A DNA stretch of 64,000 nucleotides from Carcharhinus amblyrhynchos (Eukaryota). The first letter of the stretch is position 1. The number at the start of each line of letters is the position of its first letter. The notes beneath the pieces were generated by a model. The model saw only the letters and a program-made list of their open reading frames with translations, ran no database searches and was not told where the DNA came from. Below are positions 15,071 through 29,931 of the stretch, one piece after another. Both the position numbers and the translations under genes were made by a program. The DNA lies in assembly GCA_965287045.1 (NCBI GenBank), contig OZ336885.1, positions 63,860,001-63,924,000 on the forward strand. The letters run 5' to 3'.

Positions 15071-17704
15071 GATTCTATGAATAGCTGACTTAGCACTTGC
15101 CGACGTAATAAAGAGGAAACCACAGGTCTTCGAATGTAGACTTAGAAGTTGGTCAGAACAACAATGGACAGCAGGTATAATTCGTAAAAAAACAACACTA
15201 GTGAGCTCGAAATGTTTTGTGCCAATCTGTGATTTTTGAATGTTCATTATTACCGTGACTAATTGTTTACTCCAGTTTGCTTATTATTCATTATTTTTGA
15301 ATTGCAAATGCTGATATGATGAGATTGAAATGCAAGTCAGAGCGACTCACTTTGAATCTCCGTCTTGGCAACTCGCAACAATGCATGCACCTCGAAATCA
15401 TCCCGCCTGCATCAGTTATATCAAGTACGTCCTGTGTGGATTCAAACAGTTAACACGGGTTTGATCATAGAAGTTGAATCAAACACGCAACAATTAATAC
15501 ATTTTTACACGAATTGCTAAAGATAAACTGTGTTGTCAATACAAGCATGTCAAGCTTGGCTATTAATTAATGTTAGAAAATGTTGAAGTGCAATATGTCA
15601 TGCGATACTTTTAAAACAACATCTTTGCCTTTGGTAAGCACATAACTTCTGCCAAGAATCTCAGTTCTATGACACATTTTGTCTTCAGAGCAATACATTT
15701 TTTTTCAATACATTCGTTCGTGGGATTTGTACATCTTTGGCGTGGCCAGCATTAATTTACTAAACCTTTCTGCATATAAAGATAAAGTTGTGCCGGCTTG
15801 CCATTTGGTCATTGTGGAAAATATGGCAACTTCAGCATTATTGCCTCCTGGGAAAGTACGGTTAGAATATACAAGACCAGGATTGCGCACCATTCAAGAG
15901 ATCACCATTCAACATAAAACTGCTACCCTGATTTGATTTCCCAAAATTCAACACCTCAGACATCTCTAGTACACACATTTTGCCATTAACCTCTATTAGA
16001 AATTAATCTCTATTTTTTTGATGCGGGACATTGAATAATTCATTTGCATTTACTTAATGTAACATGGAAGTTGATTGGTTTTCTGAATTGCGTCATGCCA
16101 TAGCGGTACATGTAGATGAGGGGTTTAGCGGGGTTAATACGTGGGTTAGAATGTTAGAGCCTGGGTCAGGTACAGTTTAGACGGGAGAATGTGCGGACTC
16201 GATGAACTGAATGCACAAAGATTCTGTGAAACAGATGGCACCGAAACTGGCGAGCGGAGAGCCAAACCCACCGAATTTCTTTAAATCTTCTTTGCATTCG
16301 TTGAGTTCTACAAAATATTAAAGTAATTGTAAGAACTATTACCGCAGACAAAATTAACATCCGCCCCCAAAGCAATGTACTAACATTATAGAAAACAATC
16401 AGAAATTTAATCTGACTGGTCACTCCACAAAAATACTTTCCCACCATCCTAAATCACGTCGGGGTCGGTATGGCAAAGTTTGTTGGCCAGTTGGTGTATT
16501 ATGCAGTACAATGCCAATAGCTTGTTTTGATTCATGGATCACTTTTCACTGAAGTCATACATGCCTTCGCAACCACGTTCCTCTGCTGTGGTATATGATC
16601 CTCAAGTTAATTAAACACCATTCAGATTTATCTCAGCGGCGAACGTAGCCTTCTGTCACCCTTTACATATTTCCAGCATTTTCCTAAATACCAGTGTTTT
16701 ATTGCATTCATATATGCCTTAAGTTTTAAGACTTAAGCAGGTTTTGTTTCTTCCCAATCTGCGGCTTTGACTTGCTTGTGAAATTCCATCTGAATATTTT
16801 TTTTTTATCCATCGTGTTACTATCAGTGAATACTGTTTTCATTTTTTTTAATTTTTGCCCAGCGCTGATGAGGTCAATTTAGAAGGATGACAAACTGTCA
16901 ATGATTTTGACTGCGTGGGAGAAAAGGCAAACAGGCGCTGATCAATAACTTTGCGTCGAAGATCAGGCATCAGAAAATACCCAATTGATGACCAGCTGCA
17001 AATCTTGACTGTAATTTAAACCAGGAACCTTTTCCTGGCTTTTCTTAAAGCCGTGATGTGGAAAGTAGGATAATTGTCTCGGGTCAGAGGACAATGCAAG
17101 TTGATGTATTTTTGTTTTATTATTGTGATCAGTACATCAGCGCAACCATCAACATTTTTTTTTTTCAGAAGTAAAATATGTCACGACTTCTTATTCGTTT
17201 CGTCTCGAATTCTTCTCAGTACAAATGGAAGTATTTTAACCTGTTTAGCTTTTGAAACTAATCTATTAATTAAGTCTATAAAACTGAGCCTGTTCTTTTA
17301 TAAAGTCATTCAACACTTCTTCTGAATATTTTCCCAACAGCTTATACGTCTCAGAAAACTAATCCACGTTGCAACTTATTTTCTTCTTCCCATTCCCACT
17401 CCTCATCAGACCTTAAAAAAAAACCGGACTCAAGCATTACACGATCGGTTCCAATTGTGTCCTGGATGATATCTTACAACATAGGAATTATTCGTTTGTG
17501 GTGCAATCATAACTGTATTTTGAACTAAAGATTAACAATTAGACTGGACATATATTGTCCGGTATGGTGAAGTTAGCTGATGCGGCTTTTGCATGCAATG
17601 ATTAAAAAAAAACATTGTTTCATTCTGAACGTGTGTCAATTGTCAACTTAATTTATGCAACATTTATAAACATAAACAATGACACATGTGCATTAACTAA
17701 TCGT

Positions 17705-18685
17705 TTACCACAGAGATCGGTACTGGGACGCCAGCTATCGCCAATATATATTAAGATTTGGCTGAATGAATAAAAATAAATATCACAAAGTTTACAGATG
17801 ATACCAAGGTGGGTGGGATGTTGAACTGTGCTGTGGAGGCAGAGATCCTGCAGAATGATCTAGACTGGTTGAGTGAGTTGGCTAATCAATGGCAAATGCA
17901 GGATAATTTAGATACTTGTGAGGTTATTCACTTTGAAAGCCAGAAAGGCAGATTACTACCTGAGTGGTTGTCAATTAAGAGAGGGAAGCGTGCCACGGGA
18001 CATGGGTGTCCTTGCACAGTCGTCACTGAAGGTAAACGTGCAGGTGCAGCATGCAAAAAAGAAAGCAAATGACATGTTGGTCTTCATTACGAGAGGTTTC
18101 AAGTACAAGAACAGAGACGTGATTTTTTTCCGCAGCTATACGGGGCGTTGGTGGGGTCATACCAAGATTTATGTGTACAGTTTTGGTCTCCTTTTCGGAG
18201 AAAGGATGTTATTGTTCTCGAGGAAGTGCGGTAAACGTTTACCAGACTGATTCCGAGGATGGTGGAACTGATGTATGAGGAGAAATTGGCAGGATTAGGG
18301 ATGTTTTCGCTGGAGTGCAGACGAATGACAGGGGTTCGCGTACACGTTTATAAAAATCTAACATATAAATAGGACAGGATAAGTGCAGAGAGAGCATTCC
18401 CGATGGTGGGCGAGTCCAGAACCTGGCATGACAGACTGAGGATTCACTCACCCAAAGAGTGGTGAGCCTGTGGAATTCATTACTACAACAATTAGATGAC
18501 GCCAAAACAGTGAATGCATTTATGGAGTAACTGGATTTCGCACTTGGGACAAATGGGGTCAAATGATATTGGAAACAAAAACAGGATGATGCTATTATTT
18601 TGGATGGTCAGTCATGAGCTTAATGAATGGCGGACCAGATTCGAAGGGCCAGAAAGCCTCTTCCTGCTCTTATCTTCCATGTATT
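17705..18685 (+). mobile_element. CR1-type LINE 3' fragment
   Basis: KFTDDTKVGG, LQNDLDWLSELANQWQM, and a typical CR1 3' UTR. Confidence 0.88.
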
Positions 18686-19850
18686 TGGTTGCAATCATTA
18701 TCACTGTTTTAGAAATCCGTTTTTTTCTTCCCAGTGTAGAGATTCTGCTGCTCAACTATAACTTCTCTGTTTCATTTCGACGGAGATGCATCCACTATGG
18801 TGTTACGTCGGGACGTTTAGAAAATGGTATCGCCAGGGGTGCTGCATCTCTGACATCTTTCGAATCCAGGATAATGAATTATCTGAAGAGCTGGTGTGGC
18901 GAATTGCATCGATGTCTCAGTAGGCAACGTTCTTCCCTGTGTTTCAGTATGGTGTTTGAATAAGGATGTTCCCATAACCTCCGTGGGATGTTTAATGCAT
19001 TTATTTATTTATTTATCAATTTATTTTCAGTTAGTACATGATTCTGCCACTGTGCGGCTGGTTTCTTGGAAGTTCATTTTATCTGCAGTCGACGATGCCG
19101 TAAAATTGCGTACTTGACTGGAATGTTTCCAATATCACCTGATTTGGAAACACGCATACCCTAGCAGCAGGATGACATTTTTGATTTCACAATGTTCCAT
19201 TAGTTTACTAAATTGAGATTGGCGTAGGAAGCATTCATCTTACTTGTTCACCAGAACTTCCCAGTACATTCGCCTGCACTTAAAAACATGTTATTTGTGT
19301 GCCAAACCAAGTTCATTCTAAACAACAACAGCTCAAGAAAAGGTGATGTGGGTAAAACATGTTGAAACATGTTCGCCTATTAAATCAATACAAAATTGTC
19401 TCTGGATGGAGACAGTTAATGTCAAAATCTTCTGAAGTGCGAGTTTTAAACATATCAATGGCATTTCAATGATACAAATGCTCATCGTCATTCAACCTGC
19501 AAACAAGGAATTTTCTTCTTTACACATTTGTGTGCTAAATTCACCCAGGAACTCGTTTTTTTTAACTGTCAAGGCCGTGAGATGCATATTTATCGTTTTA
19601 TCAAATATTTGATAGTTTTTCCGGTGTTTGTTGATGATGTTAGCATTCTGCAGTAAATGGAAATAAAATGTTCCATACTTTTCCAAAAGTCCACCTCCAT
19701 GTGTTTCGTACACAGAAAAATAGTGGCACAATCTACAAAGACCTGCATTAACGCGTCGATAACAGATTAAAAACTCTCAGAACATTCGTGACAAATAATG
19801 ATGAACTAAACACACGTTCCATAACTCAATTAATATTTTCACGCAAGTAC

Positions 19851-19877
19851 CTGTCTCCTTCTGTTTTAGCTTCTTTT
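19851..19877 (-). CDS. Coiled-coil micro-exon G (27 nt, phase 1-1): (E)KKLKQKET
   Basis: atctacaaatcttcag|AAAAGAAGCTAAAACAGAAGGAGACAG|gtactt. Similar to exon A; the donor is weaker. Confidence 0.7.
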
Positions 19878-22800
19878 CTGAAGATTTGTAGATTATAAAT
19901 AAATAAAATTCAAACAGAACGACGTTGTTGACTGATCCGCAGACGCGGCAGTTCAAATGTTGCGTCGCGAACTTTCTGATTTATCATTACAAAGTTATTC
20001 AAGTGATCTGGTGGTATAATCAATTTCCCAATGGACAAGTAATCCAATAGTACAGGGCAACGGGGAGCAGGTTTGGAATCCAGAACAATAGATTTTGAAG
20101 GTTTTATTGAAACACAAACACATTTTCGATTGCCATGAACACCCATCTGGCTTTGTCAACACTTTCCCAGCCAAAAATACTAAAACCCGCTGAATAAAAA
20201 TTCAATAGTATGTTCGTTTATGGCTTCGATACTAGAGAGGATGCAACAGAGACTTGGTGAGGAATTCGTGAAAAGCGAACAGTGCTAAGAATTGCTTTTC
20301 ACCTATGTTGGTGTGTTATTGCCTTGATTCGTCCAGTGTATTTTAGATATCTCTGTATCAATTTGTTTACTTTTATTTTGCTTATTCAATTTCCCTTGAA
20401 GTGATTTGCTCAGTTTTTTTTTTGCAAACACTCAGAAGAAAATAGCATTGTTTTTAGTCTGGTGTTACAGAGTCTGAAACTCGTAGGGATAGCTGATCTT
20501 CTTCCAGACGTGGCTCAATGAACCGGAAGGGATTTTTTTCATAATCAAATGCACTTGGAGAATTACTGAGACTGGCTTGCCTTCAATCGCCAGTCATTAT
20601 CAATTGCATCTAAATTAAACATGGAAAGGTGGTGTTGTTCTATACAATATTTTGTGGATATCACAGTTAGTTTTTATATCTGTACTCTTAAAATGTTACA
20701 ATGACATCTTTGTATAAGCGGCAACAAATATTTGCATGGGCATTGCAAGAAACGTTCTGAGTAAGGGCAGGGTAGAAACACCTCGTATTTTGCCTAAATT
20801 AAAACTGCATTTGTAACTGAAAAAAAAGCGTATTTATTATCAGAATTCTGCGGTGTAAAAGAACGTTAGGGTGGAAAATCAGCACAGGCAAACAACTTGT
20901 CTCCCCACCTAACTCGTTCATTTTTTCTAGTTGGTCATTTAATTCTGCAAAGAAAAGAACATCAAACCATTATTTGCATTTCAAAGAATTTTTTTTTCTC
21001 TCTGTTCTGTGCAGATTTCCACATCGTATCTATTTCAACACTGTCTTTATGCTCTGCAATGTTCAACAGTTGATCGAAGTGTTAATGCACAGTGACTGAT
21101 ATTCAGATATAACTATGAGTATCAGGACAACAAAGCCGACAGGAAAGGGAGATTCTTCACGAATTGCATGGGAAGATCTGGCACTGCCCCAGCAGAACTG
21201 TAAGTGAAGCAGCTCCATAGAGAAAAGAATTTTGAAAAATCTGAACGGATAGTTGCGTCGATGGCAGTGCAGCAGATTACAGAGAAAGAGATGTAAAATA
21301 ATATGTTATATCTCAAACTAGCGTCCGATGTTTAGATTTTTGGCGGGATGATGACCTTAATGTCAAAATAGAGTAACAGATTTTGATGCAGCCGGGATCA
21401 TTTAATTCTCGCTCCAGGCTGTGAAAACTATATTGCATTATTTCATATTGTTACCATCAGCATTAAAGGTCATCTCCCAAAATACACAATACGTTGTTGT
21501 GAAATAGAAATATGAAACGACAAAAAGTGTATGTGGCATGTTGTCATTTTATTGCAACTCGCATTAAATTCCTCCTGCGTACATAGACAACGCGTTAATG
21601 TGAAAAACAAGACCATATAAAACTAAAACTTTCTGTTGTTCACTGAACTAAATTACAAATATATTCATATTAAAAATATATATATATATTATTAATTATC
21701 CCATTAGAAAACCTTGTATTTAGTCGTTCAAAGAGGTGTAGATGTACCAGGTAAGGTGAGCATTTGTTATCTCTCTTAACTGTTCACCAATTGAATGCTT
21801 GTCGGGAAACCTCAGAAGGCAATAACGGGTCAAACACATTGGGTTGGCTCGGAAACACAATTTGGCAGGATAAGCACGACTGATGAGTCTTTTCGTTAAA
21901 GTGCATAATTAATCATTTCCTCTTGACATCAAAATATGAACGTTTCAAATTTATCACTATTGATACCAGATTTATTTTAAGATTTGTAAATTGAAGAGAT
22001 AAATTACATTCCATCAATCGCCTTCCGTGATTCTGATCCATATCAATTGAGAAGCATTTCAAGTGACTGAATTACCATTGCAATGAACAATGACCTCACC
22101 CCAACTACGACAATGACATCAATGGCATGAGGACACAAGAAACTCCACAGTAGTTAGAAAAAAGTTAAATCTTTATTGACTTTCCTCTTCAGAAGAATCA
22201 CGTGTAATCATTTAGTATTTGAAACAATGGAAAGATAGTACAGTTTTCGATTCAATGCCGTGCACGACGTGTTCCATGTGGGTGTATGTGTTGTTTCTTT
22301 AATTCTTAAATCTGTAACAGTATGAGTTTCCTTTACTGCTCTTGCCAGATTGTGTTGATCAGAGTTTACTGTTATACACACAGGCACATTCTGAACAACA
22401 CGGTGTTTAATGATGAAGTCGCTAGCATTTTCACTGTAGAATCAGTCGATGGAACATTTGGAACTGTTATTTGGAGAAGCTGTTATTTGGAGATGTTCAA
22501 CGTGGAAATGTTAAAGTTAAAATCGGTAAGTTGTGGAATCTAATGAGTACTTTTTTTTTCGAAATTAACAGATACATTTGAACTGGATAACAGCTTTTTT
22601 TATATATATAGTTTTCGATCGTTTGAGAAAGGGGGAAAAAGTTCAAAGGCTTAACATCAGCCTTGTTAGCAACGTTGAATTCCTTTAAAAAACAGTTAGA
22701 GTACAAAATTATATCAGTGAAGTGAGACAGTTTCATGTTGGCAAATGTGGAATTGTGTCTAAGTTTTTGTTTTGAAATTTTGAGGACGGAAGTGAGAATT

Positions 22801-23449
22801 CCTTATTTTGAGAGAACAAAAAAACGACTGTACTTAAAAATAATCAAGCATGGCAAGTTGACTCTGATTGGTTTTGCTTGTGAAATGAATCGTGTTTCCG
22901 GTAAATATTACACAAGATAATTGGTCCATTTAATTTGATGCAAAGTCTGCAAACAACGTCCCAAGTACTCCACCCCCCCACCCCCCCCACAACCCCCAAC
23001 CAGCCTCCCGCCACACCCCCTCCTCCCAATATCCACCCCGTTTATTTTTGGCAAGGACAGATTGATTGATGCTTGTGTGCATATATAGCTTCTAGGAGAA
23101 TGTCACATGTGAATTGTTTTAAATTATATGGTCGGTTTTTTTTCTATCGTTCATTAATAAGGCATCAACAGCTTGTCAGTCACGTAGACAATTGCACGTT
23201 TTTTGGAGATTAGCACCGATGGTTTGGAAATGCACATTAAGTAGGGATCTTTTTGGTACCAGTCGCTCAGATCTGTTGTTTGATGAAATACAGCATTGCA
23301 AAGTAATGCCCAGATTCTGTCGTCGGCAGAAATATATTTTTGTTTGGTTCGAATAATCCAAGTGTCGACTCGTTTTGGTAATGCAGAAGCAATACAAGCC
23401 TCAGCAAAAGCACACGGTTCAAGACCTGTTATTTGACTTACAATTATAG

Positions 23450-23720
23450 ATTCATAGATTTCCTCTCTTGAAGACGGAGGCCATTCAGCACATTCAGTCT
23501 GCAAGAGCAACTTACGCAGACCTCTCACCTGCACAATTTGTGACATTAAGGGAGTATTCAGCATGGTCAATCTACCTAGTTGGCACTATGAGCATAAACA
23601 ATAATACACGAAGTAAAAAAGAAACATGCTAACCGTTACAAATAACAGGAATGGAACCTGATCCTTGACACTGTGAAACTAACTGCCATGCCACCGTACT
23701 GCTGTGGAGACTATTGCTTC
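23450..23720 (-). mobile_element. Shark SINE-like element (CR1-tailed)
   Basis: catagatt...ggaggccattcagc tail and ccatgccacc head in reverse. Similar pieces occur at about 45090-45330 and 58980-59120. Confidence 0.5.
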
Positions 23721-25808
23721 AGGATAAGTAGGCTGGTGTTGGGTCATGACTTGAACGTGCATATTGCATGGGAGGCAATACTTTCATACGGGGTAATAAT
23801 TATCAACTGAGACGAGCATTGGCATATTGTGAACTGTCTTAAAGTTTGCAAAATTGGCAGACTGCTGGGGTTCTAGTTTGAGAATGTGAATTAACCAAAA
23901 TACACAACTAGTAGTAAATCCAACACAGATATTAAACGATGAATCTGGGGGAAAAAAAACTACATTGAACTGGAATTAGAATTACGAAATGAGCCAGTCG
24001 CTCAAAGGTAAAGATTAAGTCAAGTAGTTAAAATAAACCGAATAAATAACTCCAGAACCACGGCTGAAACAGCTGAAGACTGGATGTTTCGTTGTCGCTG
24101 TGCAAATATTCAAGAATCTGAATTAATAAGGCCAGATTAAGATAAATAGCCTCCGTTGAAACAAACATAGATGGATACAAACAAAACTTTTGGAAATTAA
24201 ACTCAAGTTGGTTGGCTTTTTTGCCAGTAACTACTTTGTTATCCGTCAGTGTTTTTGCAACCATTTGCATGCTGATGTAATAATTTATTTTATTGAAAGG
24301 AAACTGTATGAAATGCTCAGTTTTTGGTTAAGCAGTGTGTTTGCTATTCCATCGAGACAAATTGAAATAAAATGCGATAAAGGGACAACAATATTTGGCA
24401 GAGTAACTGGCATTCTTCGAAAATGTAGATAATCTATAGCGGGGAAGAGGTTATAAAGCCATGCAAGAGTTGGCGCCGTTAAGAAGCTGCTTATATTTAC
24501 ATTTTCAGTAAATATGCCAAGAGGTACAAAATGTGGCTCCATGCCATGTAGTCTCAAGTAGACAAGGTGGTGGCCTAGTGGCATTATCTCTAGGGCATTC
24601 ATGCAGAAACTCGATGATTGGTCTGGGGACCTGGGTTATAATCCTACCATAGAATATGTAGTATTTTAATTGAATAAATGCATGTGCAATTTCGAATATA
24701 TTGATGACCACGAAACTGTTGATGAATGTCAGAAAGAAAAAAAAAGGTTGTTTCACAAATGTCATTTAGGTAAAGAATTCTGGCATTCTTAACTGTTCTG
24801 TACAATATTTAACACCAGAGGGGAGTGCATTTGACTCTCAAATGTTCTCTGGCAACATTGCATGAGTAATACATTTTGGGCAGATCACGAAGCCCACCTC
24901 CCACGAAAGAATAATACAAAAATAATATTTGTTTTTTTTTTCTGCTTCCAAATTGATCTCCCATCGAATGTTTCAATTACCTTTATTTTGATTTTCTGTA
25001 ATATAATCAGAGCAACAAAAAAAAAAGTGCAGTTAAACTTTGGAATGTGCGGAAAACCCCGAGTCCCCACTGTAATCTCAGCACTGTTCACAATAGTTCT
25101 GAAGGGCAACCGACTCAAAATTAGCATACACATGCAAAAGACGCGGAGACCACCGTTACAGTGTTTACAGCAGAGCAATCCTTACATCCCCAGCACGCCC
25201 GTGACGCAATCTATAAGAGATAAACAAGCGAAACAAGGAGTGTTAGCTTACTTCCTTCTAACCCTTGGCATCGCTAATCAGAGTTTAAAATATTTGGTCT
25301 GGCGACCTGTCATAAACATATGCAGACAGTGCACAGATTCTACATTGGGCAAATGCCAACATTTATGTGAATCAATGTACTATTTAGTTTGGTATAGTAT
25401 ATGTCTCAGTGCATTATCAATGAAAATTTAATATGTGAAAAAAGAGTTGCGAACCAACATTTCCACGTACGTATGTGAGTGCTGAGTGGAAAGTCCTGAT
25501 ATTCTCAAATGCGAAATAAAACTAAAATTGATATGTGATCAACACATGAAACCAGATCACATGATGTTTTGAAACTTTTACTGCAAATCTGTAATATTTG
25601 TCTGAGGTGGCATCGAAATGACGAAACTATCCTGCCTTGGGCATGAATGGCTAAATTGCTTAGTTGCATCGCAAACACATGTGGGACACTGAGAAACTTG
25701 GGATTCAGATCTTCAAGACAATTTAAGGGTGGTTCAGTGTGTGTCATGAAAATAGGCAATTTGTTGAATACGCTGTGGGAGAACAATGGTGATTTTGACA
25801 GAAGCCCC

Positions 25809-26608
25809 TCCGGCAAAACGGGGCATCCAAAATGCTGATTTGTAAAGCACTCAGCGACAATTGGGCAAAAACTAAAAAAAGGCTGCAGTTTAAAGACAGA
25901 GACAAAAAGGCTGCAAACCTGGCGAGCGAATGAACAGGATATGAGTCATCTCGAGGATGAAAGAGACTTTCGGGTCACACTGGGTTGTGTAACAGACATA
26001 AGGGCACCGTGACCCGTTAATTCGGAGAGAGGTATGTGACCGATGTGGCTCCAGCACCTACAAACATGGCCATTGGGGACACACCCAGAGAGTTGTGTGG
26101 TAGCACCTGATCGGACTCTTATCGATCTGGGGAATCGAGTGCTGATCGATTGACTGGCAATGGCCGAAAGGGGCGTGAAACCAAACAGGGTATAAATTGT
26201 GCTGCACAACCAGGAATATCTCTCCTTCTGACCCCACGAAGGAGCTTCAATAATGGTAACCACCGCAGGCGAAGATCAGCACGAGGAGAGCCAGCACACT
26301 CGACAAGGATGGAAGGAAGCAAGTCCAGACCAGAGTGCCAGATCAGACCAAAGGATCAGACTAGACAGATGACTACCAAGACTTGCGCATAGATAAAGAC
26401 CAAAATTTGCTTGGGCACTTGCCATTCACGCAAAGCTAATTCCACTACTGGAATTAAATTCTGGTATTTTCTGTAAGATAACTTATTGTTGGGCGGGTGG
26501 GTGATTATTGATCGCGTGGATTTAAATAAATATTGGTTGTACTAACAAGACGTCTACACGTCATTACCTGCCCACCGTATTAGGGTTAAAACAGTGTGAC
26601 AGGCAACA
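25809..26608 (+). repeat. 5' LTR of the ERV
   Basis: Aligns with 29932-30774 (e.g. acagacataagggcaccgtgacccgtta shared). TATA-like gtataaa, aataaa, ends ...aggcaaca. Confidence 0.88.
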
Positions 26609-26609
26609 G

Positions 26610-26632
26610 TGGCGATCCCTGGGTGGGCTCGA
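26610..26632 (+). promoter_or_regulatory. Primer binding site complementary to tRNA-Asn
   Basis: tggcgatccctgggtgggctcga matches the recalled reverse complement of the vertebrate tRNA-Asn 3' end (TGGCGTCCCTGGGTGGGCTCGA) with a 1-nt insertion. Confidence 0.75.
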
Positions 26633-29600
26633 TAAGAAGTACACTTGTTGCTGCGATATGGAACCCCACAAAATCTATATTCAGCGGTTATTTAAAACTC
26701 AGAGTCAACAGGTGTAAACTTTTGACTGGACAAATGACTGCTTTTGGGAAATTGTTTATTGTGCATTTGCTGTTAGTAGCAAGGAGAATAGGGTAAACTC
26801 TCAAGGTTTGTATTAGAACTCAGAGGAGTTCGGACCAGAACATAGCCCAAAGCCGTGCCCACAGTCCGATCGACTCCCTACCCCTTGCCATTAAATATAG
26901 AATGACAGGAAACAGTATAGAGACAGAGAAGTGTCACATATGGAAACAAATATCAGGGAATATATTAAGAAGAAAGAGTAGCCCCTATGGAGATAATCTT
27001 GTGCCAACACTAAGACGGGATGTGGATCCTTCGGACTGATTATGAAGTAAGGCTAGTCAAGGGGAAGAGTGAACTCTATTCTCAACCATGAGGCAAGGCT
27101 CAAACCTAACGCTGGACTAGAAAGGGGATATTCATCATACCCTTGATACCAACTGAGTTAGAGGGACTGATGGGTAAATTATCAGGCACTGTACCCTTTC
27201 AGTCACTTCTTGTTCTCCTGGGACCAAGCTTAGAAAAGTGAGTAGAATGCTACAATGATTTTTATTTTTGGATCTGGGATCCATGAGTTAGAGCTGTTTT
27301 AATAAGAGAAACAGAGATAAAGGAAAACGTTTGTTGAAACTGAGTAATGTTACTGTGATTATTAGTTACGAAAAGTTACAGAGTGAGAATTCCGAGAAAA
27401 CGAAGTTAAAAGATGAGTTCGAAATTATGAGAGAGTTAATCAAGAAATTAAGAGAAGAAAATAAGTAATTTTGTGCGAAAGTAGATAAGCAGGAACAAAA
27501 CAATGAGGTAAATATATTGTCTATGAGTCAGTTTAACGTATATCAAGTTCGTGAAAACAAGCCAAGTTCTGATTACTTGAAGTTCCAGCAGGAGATTAAT
27601 CTCAAGTTGATAATGCAGATATGGATGTCATCATGTCGTCTGTGTTTCGGACCGTTGAGTCTGAGGGAGATGGTGTTTATGGATTGGGCTGTGGATTGTA
27701 TCTGGAAAAAAGAATGCTCAGTTTGCAGGTGGTATTGACTGAGGCCTCCAACCTCCTCTTTCCGGAGGTACCTGATCCCACAGTAAATTTAGAATTTGCC
27801 CCTGGTCTGATGAATGATGTGACGTTTAATTGTAAGGAAGGCATGAAATTACCAGCAGACGTTGCCGATTGGAATGGAATGAATGTTTTAAAGAATCTCA
27901 GCATTGTATATGGTTTTGAATGCAGACTGAACTATCCCCATCAATGGATAGTCGAGCGTTATTAGAAAATGTTCTGCCCATGAACTCATTAAAACAGACC
28001 ATGTGGTTTCAGGAGGTAACACCCCCACCAACATCACAAAGAGCCCCCCCCCCCCCCCCCCCTCCAAGTTTTCCGGGGTTCTTTTGTAGGAGGGAATATG
28101 CAGTGTGTGTTACAGAATTTCGAGAGAAAGGAACTATGTTCTCTCAATTTACTAAGGAAATATTATAAAATAATTAGCGACGTGGAAAATTGATTAAATA
28201 AATCTAAGGTTGAGCTAATAATTTAAGTAGTTTTGTATTTCGGTCTGTTGTGTGGTCTGGTTGCTTGTCGAATGTAGGTGATTGTTGTTGAATTAGATTG
28301 GGAGCCGGATTTGTTACAAGTCTGTTTGTTTGGGGGTTATTTATTGAGGGCAGTAAGTGCAATGCTTTACACTTTGGTTTAACTTCAAAAGGGCTGAGGA
28401 TTTGTTAAGACTGCTAAAATTAAAGTATAAGAATTTTTGAACTTACTTTTGTTTTGAGTTTAATTGCAGTTTGGAAGAAAAAAAAATGAAGGCGACTGTC
28501 TTAATCTATTTTCTTTCACTGTTTTATTTTCATCCCAGTTTAAAATTTTGGATTTGAATGAAATATAATGTGGAATGAATGTTGGAAGATCCATGTGTGC
28601 CTGTGTATGTTTTATAAAGTGGTTGTGTCGATGTATTTGTTCTGTTATTTGTTTTAATGTTTTAATGTTCTTCCCCTAATTATGATTTTATAACAGTGGG
28701 TTTGATGCAGAGTTTAAATACAAATTGGAAATCGGATTGGATGAAATTGAATTTATTTTTTGGAATTTCCTTAATCTTTTAAGTTTAATCAATGGTCATG
28801 GCTGTGCTTCATCGACTAAATTGAGCATACAAAATAACCAACTTACAAACGGGAAATTGCTTAAATTCTTAAGTGATGAATACGTTTAATTTTGACAAAT
28901 AAAGGGTAATGTAAAGAGAGTATGCGTGGGGGGTGGGCGGTGTTTCAAAGAGGGTTGCATTGAAATATAGTCTCAGAATATGATGTAACCATTTGAATGT
29001 GAGAAAATTTTACAAAGTGATATCTGTTTGATTTGTGACTTTCTTATACTGAGTAAATGCTTTCGGCCGTAATCCTCGTTTTCACATGTAAAGGGTTGTT
29101 CGGTTCAATATACGTAAATGCTAATAAGTTGGAAGGTTTTTTTTTTCCTCCTCGGAATGTTAAGGGCTCTGGAGAGTATCAATGACTTTACAACAGTTGA
29201 CGGGACTTCTCGTACTTACTGATTTGGGGTTGCAAGATTTAAAATGCTTAAAAGAGGAACAAATAGACAATTTGTACAAATCCTGTCATTCATAAATAAA
29301 ATTGGTAAAGTAGACAAGATGATGGAGGAGTTTTCTGTATACGTTGTTAAACTGGTAGAAAATCATTTGAATGACTTCCAATTTGTACTTTGGATACATT
29401 GTGTTAATTGGGTCATAAAAAGAAAATGTCATGTGCATACTATAACAATAGATGTTGAGCTGTGACTGTGGAAGTTTAAATCTAAAATGGTAAACGTGAC
29501 AAAATGTGTATATTATGCAAATGCTATTTTTTTTTAAAGCAAATACTTTAGAGATTTAAAACCTACCACTTCAGCACGTGTGGATGCACGGCCCTCCAAA

Positions 29601-29931
29601 ATCCAAACTTACATGTCATTTCCATTTGTTTCTGCATCAATGATTTATTATTGTCTTGTGCATTACTCTGAACCTAAAATGGTGTTTAGAATATTTGATT
29701 GTTTGTATTTGTGGGTGACTAGTTTATTATAATAATGGGACTCAGAATATGTGGCTGCTTGTATTTGTAGAGGGTTGCTTTCTGCAGCTTTTGGGTTTGC
29801 TGTCGGAATGTATTATTATTGTGCATGCAAATGTTTGGGCCTTACTTGACTGTTGAATGAGTGGGGATTTGCTGACAGATACTGGTCCTTTTTGATCTAT
29901 CACGCTTCATGTTCATGATCAAAGGGGGGAC

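Noticed and set aside
21088-21130. CACAGTG heptamer, possible V(D)J recombination signal
   Set aside because: No nonamer at 12- or 23-nt spacing and no V segment upstream.
21724-21750. Plus-strand 27-nt exon-like segment with a gtaagg donor
   Set aside because: Coincides with the start of a degenerate SINE-like repeat.
24862-25431. 189-aa ORF
   Set aside because: Low-complexity T/A-run-derived sequence partly overlapping SINE-like DNA, with no recognisable domain.
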